Source: Candidatus Eiseniibacteriota bacterium (GTDB lineage Bacteria; Eisenbacteria; RBG-16-71-46; CAVPCR01). From it: DNA of 64,000 nucleotides. The DNA lies in contig CAWGMA010000002.1 of the NCBI GenBank assembly GCA_963823555.1, positions 448,001 through 512,000 of the forward strand, given 5' to 3'. Both the position numbers and the translations under genes were made by a program. The first letter of the stretch is position 1, and each line of letters begins with the position of its first letter. Shown here one piece after another: positions 19,101 to 28,648 of this stretch. The notes beneath the pieces are model-generated. The model saw only the letters and a list, made by a program, of their open reading frames with translations. It was not told where the DNA came from and made no database searches.

Positions 19101-21594
19101 CGGTGGCGGGGGCCGTCCCCGAGTTGACGGTGGTCACCGCGAGCTTGAGCACCTCCCCGGCATCGGCGATGCCGTTCGCGTTGGCCACACCCGCCGAGTC
19201 GTCGTGGGCGACATGGCTCTGGTAGACGACATGCGGCGTGGCGCTCAGTCCCGGCGTGATGGTGGTCGTGGCCGGAGCGTGGGTGGGTGCCGTGGCGGTG
19301 ACGAGGACCGCGGACGGCCCGGGCAGGACGAGCGCGAAGCGAGCGATGCCATCCCCGTCCGTGGTCGCGAAGGCATAGGCCCGGTCTGCCTGGAGCAGGG
19401 CCACCCGGGCTCCGGGAATCACGCCCTGCGTGTCGAGATCGCGCACCGTGACGGCCACCGCGAGCTCCCCGGGAGTGAAGACCGGTGGCGTCACCTCGAG
19501 GAGCATGGTGCGCGGGGCGGTGGTCCATGGCTTGAGCTCCGGATCGCCGAGCAGTCCGAACGAGGAGACCGCGGACGCCGGGGCCGTCGAGACGCTCTGG
19601 GTCGCCATGCCCATCGCCTGCCCGATCGTCATCTCGGCGAGGAAGATGTTCTGGAAGGTGAGCGTGTCCACCTCCCCGGTGGTGTTGGAGATCGAACCGC
19701 TGCGCGTCTTGCCGATGTAGGCGGCGGCTCCCCCCGTAGGATTGAGCACCCAGTGCTCGGACACCGATTCGTAGTCGAAGGCATTGACGCCGGCGCCGGT
19801 CGAGTAGACGACCGACCAGTTGGGGCCGTTCCCGAGCAGATCGATGTACTCGCGCCCGAGCGCGCCGCCCGTGGTCGCCGCGCAGCCGAAGTTGCTGCTG
19901 GCTCCCCCCTCCTCGTAGGGGTTCGAGTGCTCGAAGTGCTGGACGAAGCCGACTCCGGCATCGAGCGCCGAGAACGCTGCGGTCGTGGTCCATTGCGTTT
20001 GCAGCGAGTCGGTGGTCTCGATGTAGGTCTGGTGGTAGGCGCAGGTCGGGCTGGGATTCAGCAAGCGCTGGTACAGGCGCGTGAATGCCATGTGCGGTGG
20101 GAGGATGCGGCGGATGATGGTCTCGCCGACGTAGAGGCCGTTGCAGCCCAGGCCCCAGGTCGGGCAGTTGGCGAGGCCATCCATGAGGAGCACTCGGTCG
20201 TAGTAGCCGGGGTCGAGACCGGTGAGATCGGCTCCTGGAGCTCGCTCGTACTCGAGCGTGCGCTCGACGAAGATATCCGCTTCCTCGCGGTTTTCCACCG
20301 GAGCCCGTCCAACCCAGATATCCCAGTAGGGATCGCTTGCCTCGGCATCGTCGAAGGGCTCGCCATAGACTCCGTCGCGATCCAGATCCCAGCTCGAATC
20401 GAGTCCGCCATAGTAGACATCGGACGGCGGGTGGCCGGCGCCGAGGGCGAGGCCGTTGAAGCGCCGCCCAGGGATGATGCGGAGATCGCCGCCGAGGAGT
20501 GCGTAGTCGGTTCCCCACTTCTGGAACGCGTCGATGAGGAAGGCGCGAATGCGGGATGCATCATCGTGCCCCGGGTAGTGGGCGCGGATCCAGCTCACGG
20601 TGCGGACCGCGGCCGGCGTTCCCTTCTGCGTCTTCCAGTCGGCCAGGCGCTGGAAGGCCTGGACGAGGTCGCCCACCGGACGACCGTCGACGGCGACCGA
20701 ATCGGTCACGATCACGTACTCCACGGGCGGCCCATCCACCGATGGGAACTCCGTGGGGGCGAACCCGGCATAGGGCCGAGGGGGATCGGATCCGGCCTTT
20801 CCCGCCGCGCGGGGGCCATAGAAGCGGGGAAGATCCTCCGGATTGGCGACGTGGCGCAGAAGCCACTCCGTCTCCTCCCCTCGAGCGGTGTCGAGCGAGC
20901 GTGCCGGATCGCGTTCCCGCGTTTCGCCCGGGCGAGCCGCCGGGGCATAGGCGAGGCGGATCTCGATCTCGCGGTGGAGACGCAGCTCACCCGCCGCGGC
21001 GACATACTGCACGGGGAAGACCAGCGCGCTGGCCATCACGATGCCGCGCATCGCGCCGGTCTCGCCGGCAAGGACGGTGACCTCGGGGAAGGGAGTGGTG
21101 GCGGAGTAGAGAATGGGATCGGGGGTCCCCGCTTCCGGACTGGAGGAGGCAGGATCATCGCCCGGCGGCGCGCCGAGCGGGTAGGGGAGGTGAAACCCCG
21201 GGAAGACGATGGGGGCTCCGCTCGTCACCGCCTCGACGGCGGCGAGCGACATCCCTGGCGGCAAGACGACCGACACCCGCCGCGCGGGCAGCGCGGGAGC
21301 GCCCGCTGCGAGGGGGTTCGACCGGTTCGATCCCGATCTCGCGCCGGCGGCAAGGGGATCGGCGACGAGCGGTGTCATGGCACCGCGGAGGGCGATCCGG
21401 TGGAATCCATCCTCCTCGGCGATCGCCACGTCAGCGGCCGAGAACTCGAGACGAACGACGATCTCGCCGGCCGGAGCCGCCGCCCGGGCGGTCCCCACCC
21501 CGAGCACCGCGAGCACGGCGCCGGTCGCGATGATGAGCTCCGGTCGTAGAGCGGGGGCGACGCGAACGCGAGGATGGCGCGGAGAGTGACTCAT
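16129..21594 (-). CDS. Large secreted C25 (gingipain/PorU-like) protein with propeptide, FN3, FG-GAP repeats and FlgD-Ig CTD
   Basis: 'LADWKTQKG', 'YALLGGD', 'SDVYY', 'VGRAPV', 'LLGDP'; FN3 'AGYNIYR..AARDSSGNES'; DxDGDG repeats; CTD. Confidence 0.85.
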   Translation of the reverse strand: MSHSPRHPRVRVAPALRPELIIATGAVLAVLGVGTARAAAPAGEIVVRLEFSAADVAIAEEDGFHRIALRGAMTPLVADPLAAGARSGSNRSNPLAAGAPALPARRVSVVLPPGMSLAAVEAVTSGAPIVFPGFHLPYPLGAPPGDDPASSSPEAGTPDPILYSATTPFPEVTVLAGETGAMRGIVMASALVFPVQYVAAAGELRLHREIEIRLAYAPAARPGETRERDPARSLDTARGEETEWLLRHVANPEDLPRFYGPRAAGKAGSDPPRPYAGFAPTEFPSVDGPPVEYVIVTDSVAVDGRPVGDLVQAFQRLADWKTQKGTPAAVRTVSWIRAHYPGHDDASRIRAFLIDAFQKWGTDYALLGGDLRIIPGRRFNGLALGAGHPPSDVYYGGLDSSWDLDRDGVYGEPFDDAEASDPYWDIWVGRAPVENREEADIFVERTLEYERAPGADLTGLDPGYYDRVLLMDGLANCPTWGLGCNGLYVGETIIRRILPPHMAFTRLYQRLLNPSPTCAYHQTYIETTDSLQTQWTTTAAFSALDAGVGFVQHFEHSNPYEEGGASSNFGCAATTGGALGREYIDLLGNGPNWSVVYSTGAGVNAFDYESVSEHWVLNPTGGAAAYIGKTRSGSISNTTGEVDTLTFQNIFLAEMTIGQAMGMATQSVSTAPASAVSSFGLLGDPELKPWTTAPRTMLLEVTPPVFTPGELAVAVTVRDLDTQGVIPGARVALLQADRAYAFATTDGDGIARFALVLPGPSAVLVTATAPTHAPATTTITPGLSATPHVVYQSHVAHDDSAGVANANGIADAGEVLKLAVTTVNSGTAPATGAAAELQVVGAVSLSAEVDGQCAPERLFAGAFDGHPPGGDGCTFRFPEDEFHGVSPNGRPQALITTNEAGGFIWRDGNRWHLIVRGPAAPAPPGMTIAGGCKIPGAFASATGGGLEPGDQWVTVGRDSVAFAFTAQVAGDVDSLEFTAAEGAWTLVPAATAALGNMAPGATAEARFVLGFTAEIPDRHEPRLEMQIRDGASAPIGRSSFSFPAAAPVLTYARQEAAIIAGAGSIGPVVRNTGSGVAGAAGARLRLVSGTGSVTDSVVTFGVLAGNSETGVPADSFAVVGTDTTTARFTVALTNQFPDGSVRTWEQSSLDLMRPCPPTGLEAEAVHGGSIRLSWTAPACAPDLAGYNIYRRLLAAPEFTLIAAAGRDSTRSFQDTGLAADTTWVFAVAARDSSGNESAWSGFTTTDTWIPELPGWPRALDAGTPSSPLVLDVDGDQRPEIFALGNALYGWHADGTPVIPGNPDGTIFRPRRTLDEMTQGATGAFFSSPAAADLDGDGRVEIAISAWDDSLWVVDALTGDLRFGRRCVPKYSSPAIGDLDGDGDYEIVVGSDMDTLYAWHHDGTAVNPAFPGGAFAALPNGSIINYATPGLADIDGNELTAEVIFPTFRGEVYAWSGDGTLLWTRDVGANRPLSNPAIGDVDQDGMLEVVVAQGNASTGPAANSIFIISATGSIERSWVGDLAIPGNLYSPGNYIHPPSLADLDGDGDLEILIGTSGITLPPPSTPVLGAATILVFQHDNASGYALDCRDTIPLPGLNMTNVSQQNVNAQPIIANLDGDPGLEIGAGSSTFGLFLFEADPLLGTCTEEPGWPLLFSGEVEATPVATDIDRDGRFDLVVRTNDGEVHVFAIGSAYSAAALAWTQFAHDPRHTSNYTTPVEVGLDDTPVPAAPALLLEQNSPNPFRPPTAIGYALPAAGRVRLAIYSADGRLVRTLIAGHEAAGRHRVAWDGRDGRGRDQAAGVYFYRLEAASGTATRKLILVR

Positions 21595-21973
21595 GGATGC
21601 TCGCTGGAAAGTCGGTGGGAGAGGCAAGGGGGACTCGGAAGCGGCACTCGTTCATTCTACGTCGGAGGGGCCAGCAAGGCAAGTCGCACTCCCATCCAAT
21701 GGCCGCAGTGACAAGCGATTGCATGCTGCGTCCCGTTTCGGTCCAGGGCCGCGTCGCGGCCGCCCGATCCGGCGGGGTGGTTTCCCCCTGGTGGTTTCCG
21801 CGCTGGCGGCCGGATGGCACCAGGATTTACAATCACACGCTGTGGGCCGGGTCGGCTTCGCCCCCGCTGGGCCGGCTCCGGATCCCCGATCGACGCGCCC
21901 TCAGTCGGGCGCCGCTTCGATTGCGCAACCCGGGCCGCCATCCCTTAGGTTCATCCACCGAGACAGGATCCCC

Positions 21974-23446
21974 ATGCCACGAACGCGGACCCATCGGCTG
22001 CTCCGTGCGCCGGGTGCCGTCATCATCCTGGCTGCAGCGCTGATCCAGCTTGGAGCGGCCGACCTCCTCCGGGCCGACGTCGAGGTGCTGGTCCACGGCG
22101 GGGTGCGAACCATTCTCGCCCGCGGCGGTGATCCGCTCCAGGGCGGCGGCACGCTGCGGGACAGGTTCGACAAGGTCTACTGGGTGCCGGGAGTCTTCAA
22201 CGACCAGGGCTACCTCTTCCTGAACCACGAGATCGCCACTCCCGGTGGCGGGCTCAGCCGGCTGTCCTATGGCAACGGCACTATCTACCAGCGCATCAAC
22301 TGGGTGACGGGGACTCACTTCAACTGCTCGGGGATCTTCACCCCCTGGCGTACGATCCTGTCGTGCGAGGAGCACCCGCCCGACACGACGCTCACGGTGG
22401 GGCACGTCCTCGAGGTGAGCATCACCCAGCCCGAGGTCTACTGGCGGCGGGAGGCGCTCGGGCGCTTCTCGCATGAGGGCGTCATCGAGGATCCGGTAAC
22501 GGGTGACATCTACATGACGGATGACTCCTACTATGGGGTCTTCTTCAAGTTCGTGCCGGTCGAGCGCGGGGATCTGAGCGCGGGGGAGCTGTATGCGCTC
22601 CGCGAACCGACGCGGGACTGGGTGCTCGTGACCGACATGGTGCACACCGAGCAGCAGGCGCTCGCGCTGGGGGCGACCTATCATCCGCGGCCGGAGGACC
22701 TGGTCTACAACCCGGTCGACGATGCCATCTACATCACGGTCACCGGGAACTACAACAATCCCGACCAGCGGCTCGGCTACATCCTGCGTTTCGACCCTCG
22801 GGTCAACTACATGGAACGCTGGCTCGAGTGCGACGGCGACGTGCTCGCCAATCCCGACAACCTCGAGGTCGACTCCTACGGGAATCTCCTCGTCCACGAG
22901 GATCAGTATCCGGGCAACGTGGCGGCGTACGGGCCCAACGAGCTCCTCCTCGTGCGTCCCGATCTGGAGATCGTGCCGGTTCTCCGTGGCCTCGATCCCT
23001 ACGGCGAGGTCACCGGCATGGACTGGGGCGACACGGAGTGGCGCTTCTTCATCAACTGGATGAGTGGCGCCAATGGCAGCGAACTCCTGCAGATCGACTG
23101 CCCGGCCGGCTGGAACCGCCCGGTGGGTGTGGAGCCGGCGTCGCTCCCGCCGGTGACCGAGCTCAGGCTGGCGGTCGAGCCCAATCCGTTCATGGATCGG
23201 GCCCGGCTCCATGCCGAGCTGCCCGGTCCCATGCACACCGCCGGCGATCGCGTCAGCCTCCGGATCTACGACGTGCGCGGCGTTCTCTGGCGGACGCTCC
23301 TCGATGGGCCGCTGAGCGGGAGTCGCATCGATGCGGTCTGGGACGGCCGGGACGCCGGATCGCGCCCCGCCCCGCGCGGTACGTACTTCGCCCGCCTCTC
23401 GACGCCGGAACGCACGATCGCCGAGAAGCTGCTCCTTCTCAGGTAG
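21974..23446 (+). CDS. PhoX-like (DUF839) phosphatase with FlgD-Ig CTD
   Basis: 'NCSG..TPW.T.LSCEE', 'GRFSHE', 'RPED', 'NPDNL', 'EVTG'; CTD. Confidence 0.85.
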   Translation: MPRTRTHRLLRAPGAVIILAAALIQLGAADLLRADVEVLVHGGVRTILARGGDPLQGGGTLRDRFDKVYWVPGVFNDQGYLFLNHEIATPGGGLSRLSYGNGTIYQRINWVTGTHFNCSGIFTPWRTILSCEEHPPDTTLTVGHVLEVSITQPEVYWRREALGRFSHEGVIEDPVTGDIYMTDDSYYGVFFKFVPVERGDLSAGELYALREPTRDWVLVTDMVHTEQQALALGATYHPRPEDLVYNPVDDAIYITVTGNYNNPDQRLGYILRFDPRVNYMERWLECDGDVLANPDNLEVDSYGNLLVHEDQYPGNVAAYGPNELLLVRPDLEIVPVLRGLDPYGEVTGMDWGDTEWRFFINWMSGANGSELLQIDCPAGWNRPVGVEPASLPPVTELRLAVEPNPFMDRARLHAELPGPMHTAGDRVSLRIYDVRGVLWRTLLDGPLSGSRIDAVWDGRDAGSRPAPRGTYFARLSTPERTIAEKLLLLR

Positions 23447-23482
23447 TCGCGCTCGGGACCGCGTCCGGAGATCGGCGGCCCT

Positions 23483-24709
23483 TCACGCGCGCCCGGAGGC
23501 CGCCGCGGTCCGCGCGATGACCTCGAGCAGGCGATCCCCGATCCGATCCCACGAGTAGCGCTGCCGCGCCCACTCGCCCCCCGCCGCGCCGAGATCCCGG
23601 CGTCGAGCCGGATCGCGGAGGAGCTCGATCACCGCTCGGGCGAACTCGACATCGCCGTCCGCGATCACGAGATGCTTTCCGGATTCCGCGCCGAGCCCGG
23701 CCGCCCCGGCCGATGTCGCCACCACCGCACGGCGCCAGCTGAGCGCCTCGAGGATCTTGATGCGTGTTCCGCCGCCGAAGCGAATGGGAACGACGAGCAT
23801 GGCGGCCGATTGGAACCAGGGGGCCACTTCGGGGACGAAGCCGGTGACGGTGACGCCCGGCCGTCGACCGAGGGCGAGAACTTCCGCTCCCGGGTGGTTG
23901 CCGACGATCGCAACCTCGACCTCCGGCACCTGCTCCCTGATCCGGGGCAGGATCAGGTCACAGAAGTGGAGCGCGGAATCGGCGTTCGGCAGATAGCCCA
24001 TGTCGCCGAGGAGGAGCAGCCGCGACGGCACTTCCGCCGCTCGCGGCGCGTCATCCACGGCGAACTGGACTCCGTTCGGTAGCGCATGGATGCGCTCGCG
24101 CGCGGTGGGGGGAAAGTGAACGCGATCCTCCTCGGCGGCCACGAACGCGGCGGTTGCGCCCCGGGCGATCCAGTTCTCCCAGCCGTGGAGCTTCCTGCTC
24201 TCCACCCGATCGAGGAACGCGGTGAGGCGGCCCACCGTGTGCGAGCTCTGGGCGGCGAACTTGACATGCTCGACATCATCGAAGTCGACGAGGATCGGGC
24301 GCTCACCGGCGATCCGGGCGACGAGCGGATAGAGATAGGTCCGGAAGCAGAAGGCCAGGTCGAAGGGATTTCCAGCCAGCTCGGCCACCGCGCGCTCGAC
24401 CTCGGGGGTCGAGTGGATGCGCACGAGGTTGGGCCGGCTCGAGAGGACCTTGATCGCGGCGTGGGCCAGGTCCTCGGCAACCCCGGTGCGGCGCGTGGGA
24501 TCCCAGACCTGAAGCGGTGGCGGCAGGCGCGTGAGCCGGGCGCCCGCGGCCTCGAGCTCCGGGCAGTCGACGGGATCCTCGCTCTGCGCCATCGCCGCCA
24601 GGTGGACCTCGTGCTCACGCGCGAGCTGGCGCACGATGTTGAAGAGCCGGATCTTGATGCCCTTGATCAGCGGATAGGGAAAGACGGGCGACACGACGAG
24701 AATGCGCAT
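23483..24709 (-). CDS. Glycosyltransferase family 4 (GT-B)
   Basis: 'VVPIRFGGGTRIKILEA', 'YSWD'. Confidence 0.9.
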   Translation of the reverse strand: MRILVVSPVFPYPLIKGIKIRLFNIVRQLAREHEVHLAAMAQSEDPVDCPELEAAGARLTRLPPPLQVWDPTRRTGVAEDLAHAAIKVLSSRPNLVRIHSTPEVERAVAELAGNPFDLAFCFRTYLYPLVARIAGERPILVDFDDVEHVKFAAQSSHTVGRLTAFLDRVESRKLHGWENWIARGATAAFVAAEEDRVHFPPTARERIHALPNGVQFAVDDAPRAAEVPSRLLLLGDMGYLPNADSALHFCDLILPRIREQVPEVEVAIVGNHPGAEVLALGRRPGVTVTGFVPEVAPWFQSAAMLVVPIRFGGGTRIKILEALSWRRAVVATSAGAAGLGAESGKHLVIADGDVEFARAVIELLRDPARRRDLGAAGGEWARQRYSWDRIGDRLLEVIARTAAASGRA

Positions 24710-24764
24710 CACCCGGGAGGATCGACCCTTTCGGGTCTCTTGACAAGTCCTCCCCGCGGGCCGC

Positions 24765-26126
24765 TCAGGCTCCGGAGACGATCATCCTCGCGATCTTGAT
24801 CGTGGGCGAGCGCACCGCGCCCCAGCCGTGGTGGATGTCGTTCCCGACCATGGTCACCCCGCGCAGCATGTCCTCGATGTTGCCGGCGACGGTGATCTCG
24901 GCGACCGGGCGGGCGAGCTTGCCGTTCTCGATCCACAACCCGGCCGCGCCGCGCGAGTAGTCGCCCTTCACCAGGTTGATCCCGAACCCCATCATGCTCG
25001 TGACATAGAGGCCGTCGGGGACCGAGGCGATGATCTCCTCGGGATCGTGGGAGCCCGGTTCGAGGAAGAGATTGCTCGGCCCCACGCGGGGCTCCGAGCT
25101 CGTACCGCGCGCGGCGTTGCCCGTCGTCGGCAGCCCGAGGCGGCGGGCGGAGTAGGTGGAGGTGAGGAACCGGCGGAGGACACCGCGCTCGACGACGATG
25201 TTCCGCCGCGAGCGGACTCCCTCGCCATCGAAGGGGCGGGAGCCGAGCTCGCCGGGGCGCAGCGGATCGTCGATGAGGGTCACCAGCTCCGAGCCGATGG
25301 TGTCACCGATGCGGTCGGCCAGGAAGGTCTGCCGGCGCCACACCATGTCGCCGCTCATCGCCATGAAGCAGGTGCGCACCAGGCCGGCGGCCATCAACGG
25401 ATCGAAGACCACCGGGACCTCGCGAGTGGCCGGCTTGTCGGGATCGAGGCGGAGGAGCGTGCGGCGTGCGGCCTCGCGGCCGACCGCGGCGGGATCGGCG
25501 AGATCCGTGGCGCGGCGGCCGACCGAGAACCAGTAGTCGGTCTGCTTCTTGTCCCCGGCGTCGACCACGGGCGAGACCGAGAGGCTGACCGTGGACTCCC
25601 GGTAGGAGCCGCTGAAGCCGAGCGAGTTGGCCAGCACCCGGGTGTTGATCGAGCTCGAGTACTCCGCTCCCGAGGAGTTGGTGATGCGCGCATCGTAATC
25701 GAACGCCGCCTGCTCGGCCGCGCGGGCCATCGCCACCCGCTCCTCGGTGGGGGTGGCCTCGATCGCCGGGTCGTAGAGCCCGAGATCGGGTGCCGCGGCG
25801 GGATCGGCCAGGTCCTCGGCGCCCGGCAGCCCGCTCGCCTCGTCGTCTCCCGTGATCGCGGCCATCTCGAGTGATTCCTTGACGAAGCGATCCACGGCAT
25901 CCAGGTCGAAGTCCGAGGTGTAGGACAGGAACTTCTTCTGCCCCTTGAAGACGCGGATGCCCATCGCCTTCGATGTGGCCTCGGTCAGGGTCTCGATCTC
26001 GCCCAGGCGCACGGTGGCGCTGAAGTCGCTGCCGCTTGCGATCAGAGCCTCGGCATGATCCGCGCCGCGCTTCTTCGCCATGCGGACCACCTCGGCCGCG
26101 AAGTCCTCGTAGTGCTTCTCGTCCAT
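24765..26126 (-). CDS. pmbA: TldE/PmbA metalloprotease subunit
   Basis: 'RPFDGEG', 'GDYSRGAAG.WIENG', 'EITVAGN'; no HExxxH motif. Confidence 0.9.
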   Translation of the reverse strand: MDEKHYEDFAAEVVRMAKKRGADHAEALIASGSDFSATVRLGEIETLTEATSKAMGIRVFKGQKKFLSYTSDFDLDAVDRFVKESLEMAAITGDDEASGLPGAEDLADPAAAPDLGLYDPAIEATPTEERVAMARAAEQAAFDYDARITNSSGAEYSSSINTRVLANSLGFSGSYRESTVSLSVSPVVDAGDKKQTDYWFSVGRRATDLADPAAVGREAARRTLLRLDPDKPATREVPVVFDPLMAAGLVRTCFMAMSGDMVWRRQTFLADRIGDTIGSELVTLIDDPLRPGELGSRPFDGEGVRSRRNIVVERGVLRRFLTSTYSARRLGLPTTGNAARGTSSEPRVGPSNLFLEPGSHDPEEIIASVPDGLYVTSMMGFGINLVKGDYSRGAAGLWIENGKLARPVAEITVAGNIEDMLRGVTMVGNDIHHGWGAVRSPTIKIARMIVSGA

Positions 26127-26159
26127 CTTTGAGCTCCTGCCGCCTTCCAGCACCCGGCG

Positions 26160-27731
<1,572 letters not shown>

Positions 27732-27911
27732 GGAATCTCCTCCCGGGTCGGACGGCTCGGCAGAGGGCGAGTCGTTCTGGTGAGCCGGGCGCGCCCGGCT
27801 CGGCGGCGAATGGCAGGGGGCTGGGGACGCGAAAGCTGGGGGGGTCGTCGGATTATAGGAAATCAGGGCCGGCAGCCCAAGGGAAAGGTCGGGGGGGCGG
27901 GTCTTGTGACG

Positions 27912-27953
27912 AAAAAGGCGAGGGCGGGGCCTCCGTTGCCGGATGCCCCGCCC
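27912..27953 (-). terminator. Rho-independent terminator
   Basis: GGGCGGGGC...GCCCCGCCC stem followed by TCGCC-TTTTT on the minus strand. Confidence 0.7.
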
Positions 27954-27960
27954 TGTTGCT

Positions 27961-28053
27961 CTAGACCGCGCTTCCTGGCGAGCGCGCTCTCGCCGCCGCG
28001 GTGATGCGGACGACGACGATCCGGCGCGGGATCCCGGGACTCACCGGTGTCAT
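27961..28053 (-). CDS. Possible 30-aa peptide MTPVSPGIPRRIVVVRITAAARARSPGSAV
   Basis: ATG with weak GGAGA upstream; stop lies just before the terminator. Confidence 0.25.
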   Translation of the reverse strand: MTPVSPGIPRRIVVVRITAAARARSPGSAV

Positions 28054-28212
28054 GGCCGGTTCGAGTCTCCGGTCGGGGACGCGCCGGGACCGGCGTCTTA
28101 TCGCCCTGGACGTGACGCCTTCGCGCCTGGCCCCGAGCCAGAGGCTGCGAGCGTCACGCCCGTATTCGGGTGGGTTCGAATCGTCGGCAGGACCGCTTCT
28201 CGATGGCCCGGG

Positions 28213-28272
28213 CTACCGCCAGAGCCACCAGAAGATGTCCGCAAGGAGCCCGAGGAGGACGAGGCCTTTCAT
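28213..28272 (-). CDS. Putative 19-aa hydrophobic peptide MKGLVLLGLLADIFWWLWR
   Basis: Strong GGAGGGAGGG RBS; GC3-rich codons; below the ORF-track length cutoff. Confidence 0.5.
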   Translation of the reverse strand: MKGLVLLGLLADIFWWLWR

Positions 28273-28648
28273 AAGCCCTCCCTCCGTCGCTCGGCATGGC
28301 GGTCGAGCCCTTTGGACCCGCCCGTTGCCCCGAGAGGCGGTCTTGTCTGGCGCCCTCGTCCGCGCGTCCGCGGATCCAGGCGTCGCCTCTAGTCAGGACG
28401 TCCTGGGCTTTGAACCCTTCCCTTCCACCCCATGTCTGCAAACGGCATGACCGGCGCCGTTCGTTAGGGCTTTCTCGCATGCCCCGTGCCCTTCCGCGCG
28501 AACACCGGTCGCAATCTGCAAGTGCTGGTTTGACGGCCAAATAGACGGTGCACAGGGGGGCGGGACGAGGATCGGGGGGTGGTCCGGAGGTGGGAAACGG
28601 CAGCTTTTCGCGCGGGGAGGGCATTCTGCGGGCACCCCACCCGGGGGG

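Noticed and set aside
21720..21735. Sigma54-like box CGGGACGCAGCATGCA upstream of the C25 gene
   Set aside because: Weak match that is likely by chance at this GC content, and a TAGAAT -10 element lies closer to the gene.
28055..28185. tRNA T-loop-like motifs GGTTCGAGTC and GGTTCGAATC
   Set aside because: No paired T-stem, acceptor stem or cloverleaf could be built around either motif.
27961..28272. TAG readthrough (pyrrolysine) joining the two in-frame small ORFs
   Set aside because: The intervening codons look non-coding, no pyl genes are visible, and sharing a frame has a 1-in-3 chance.
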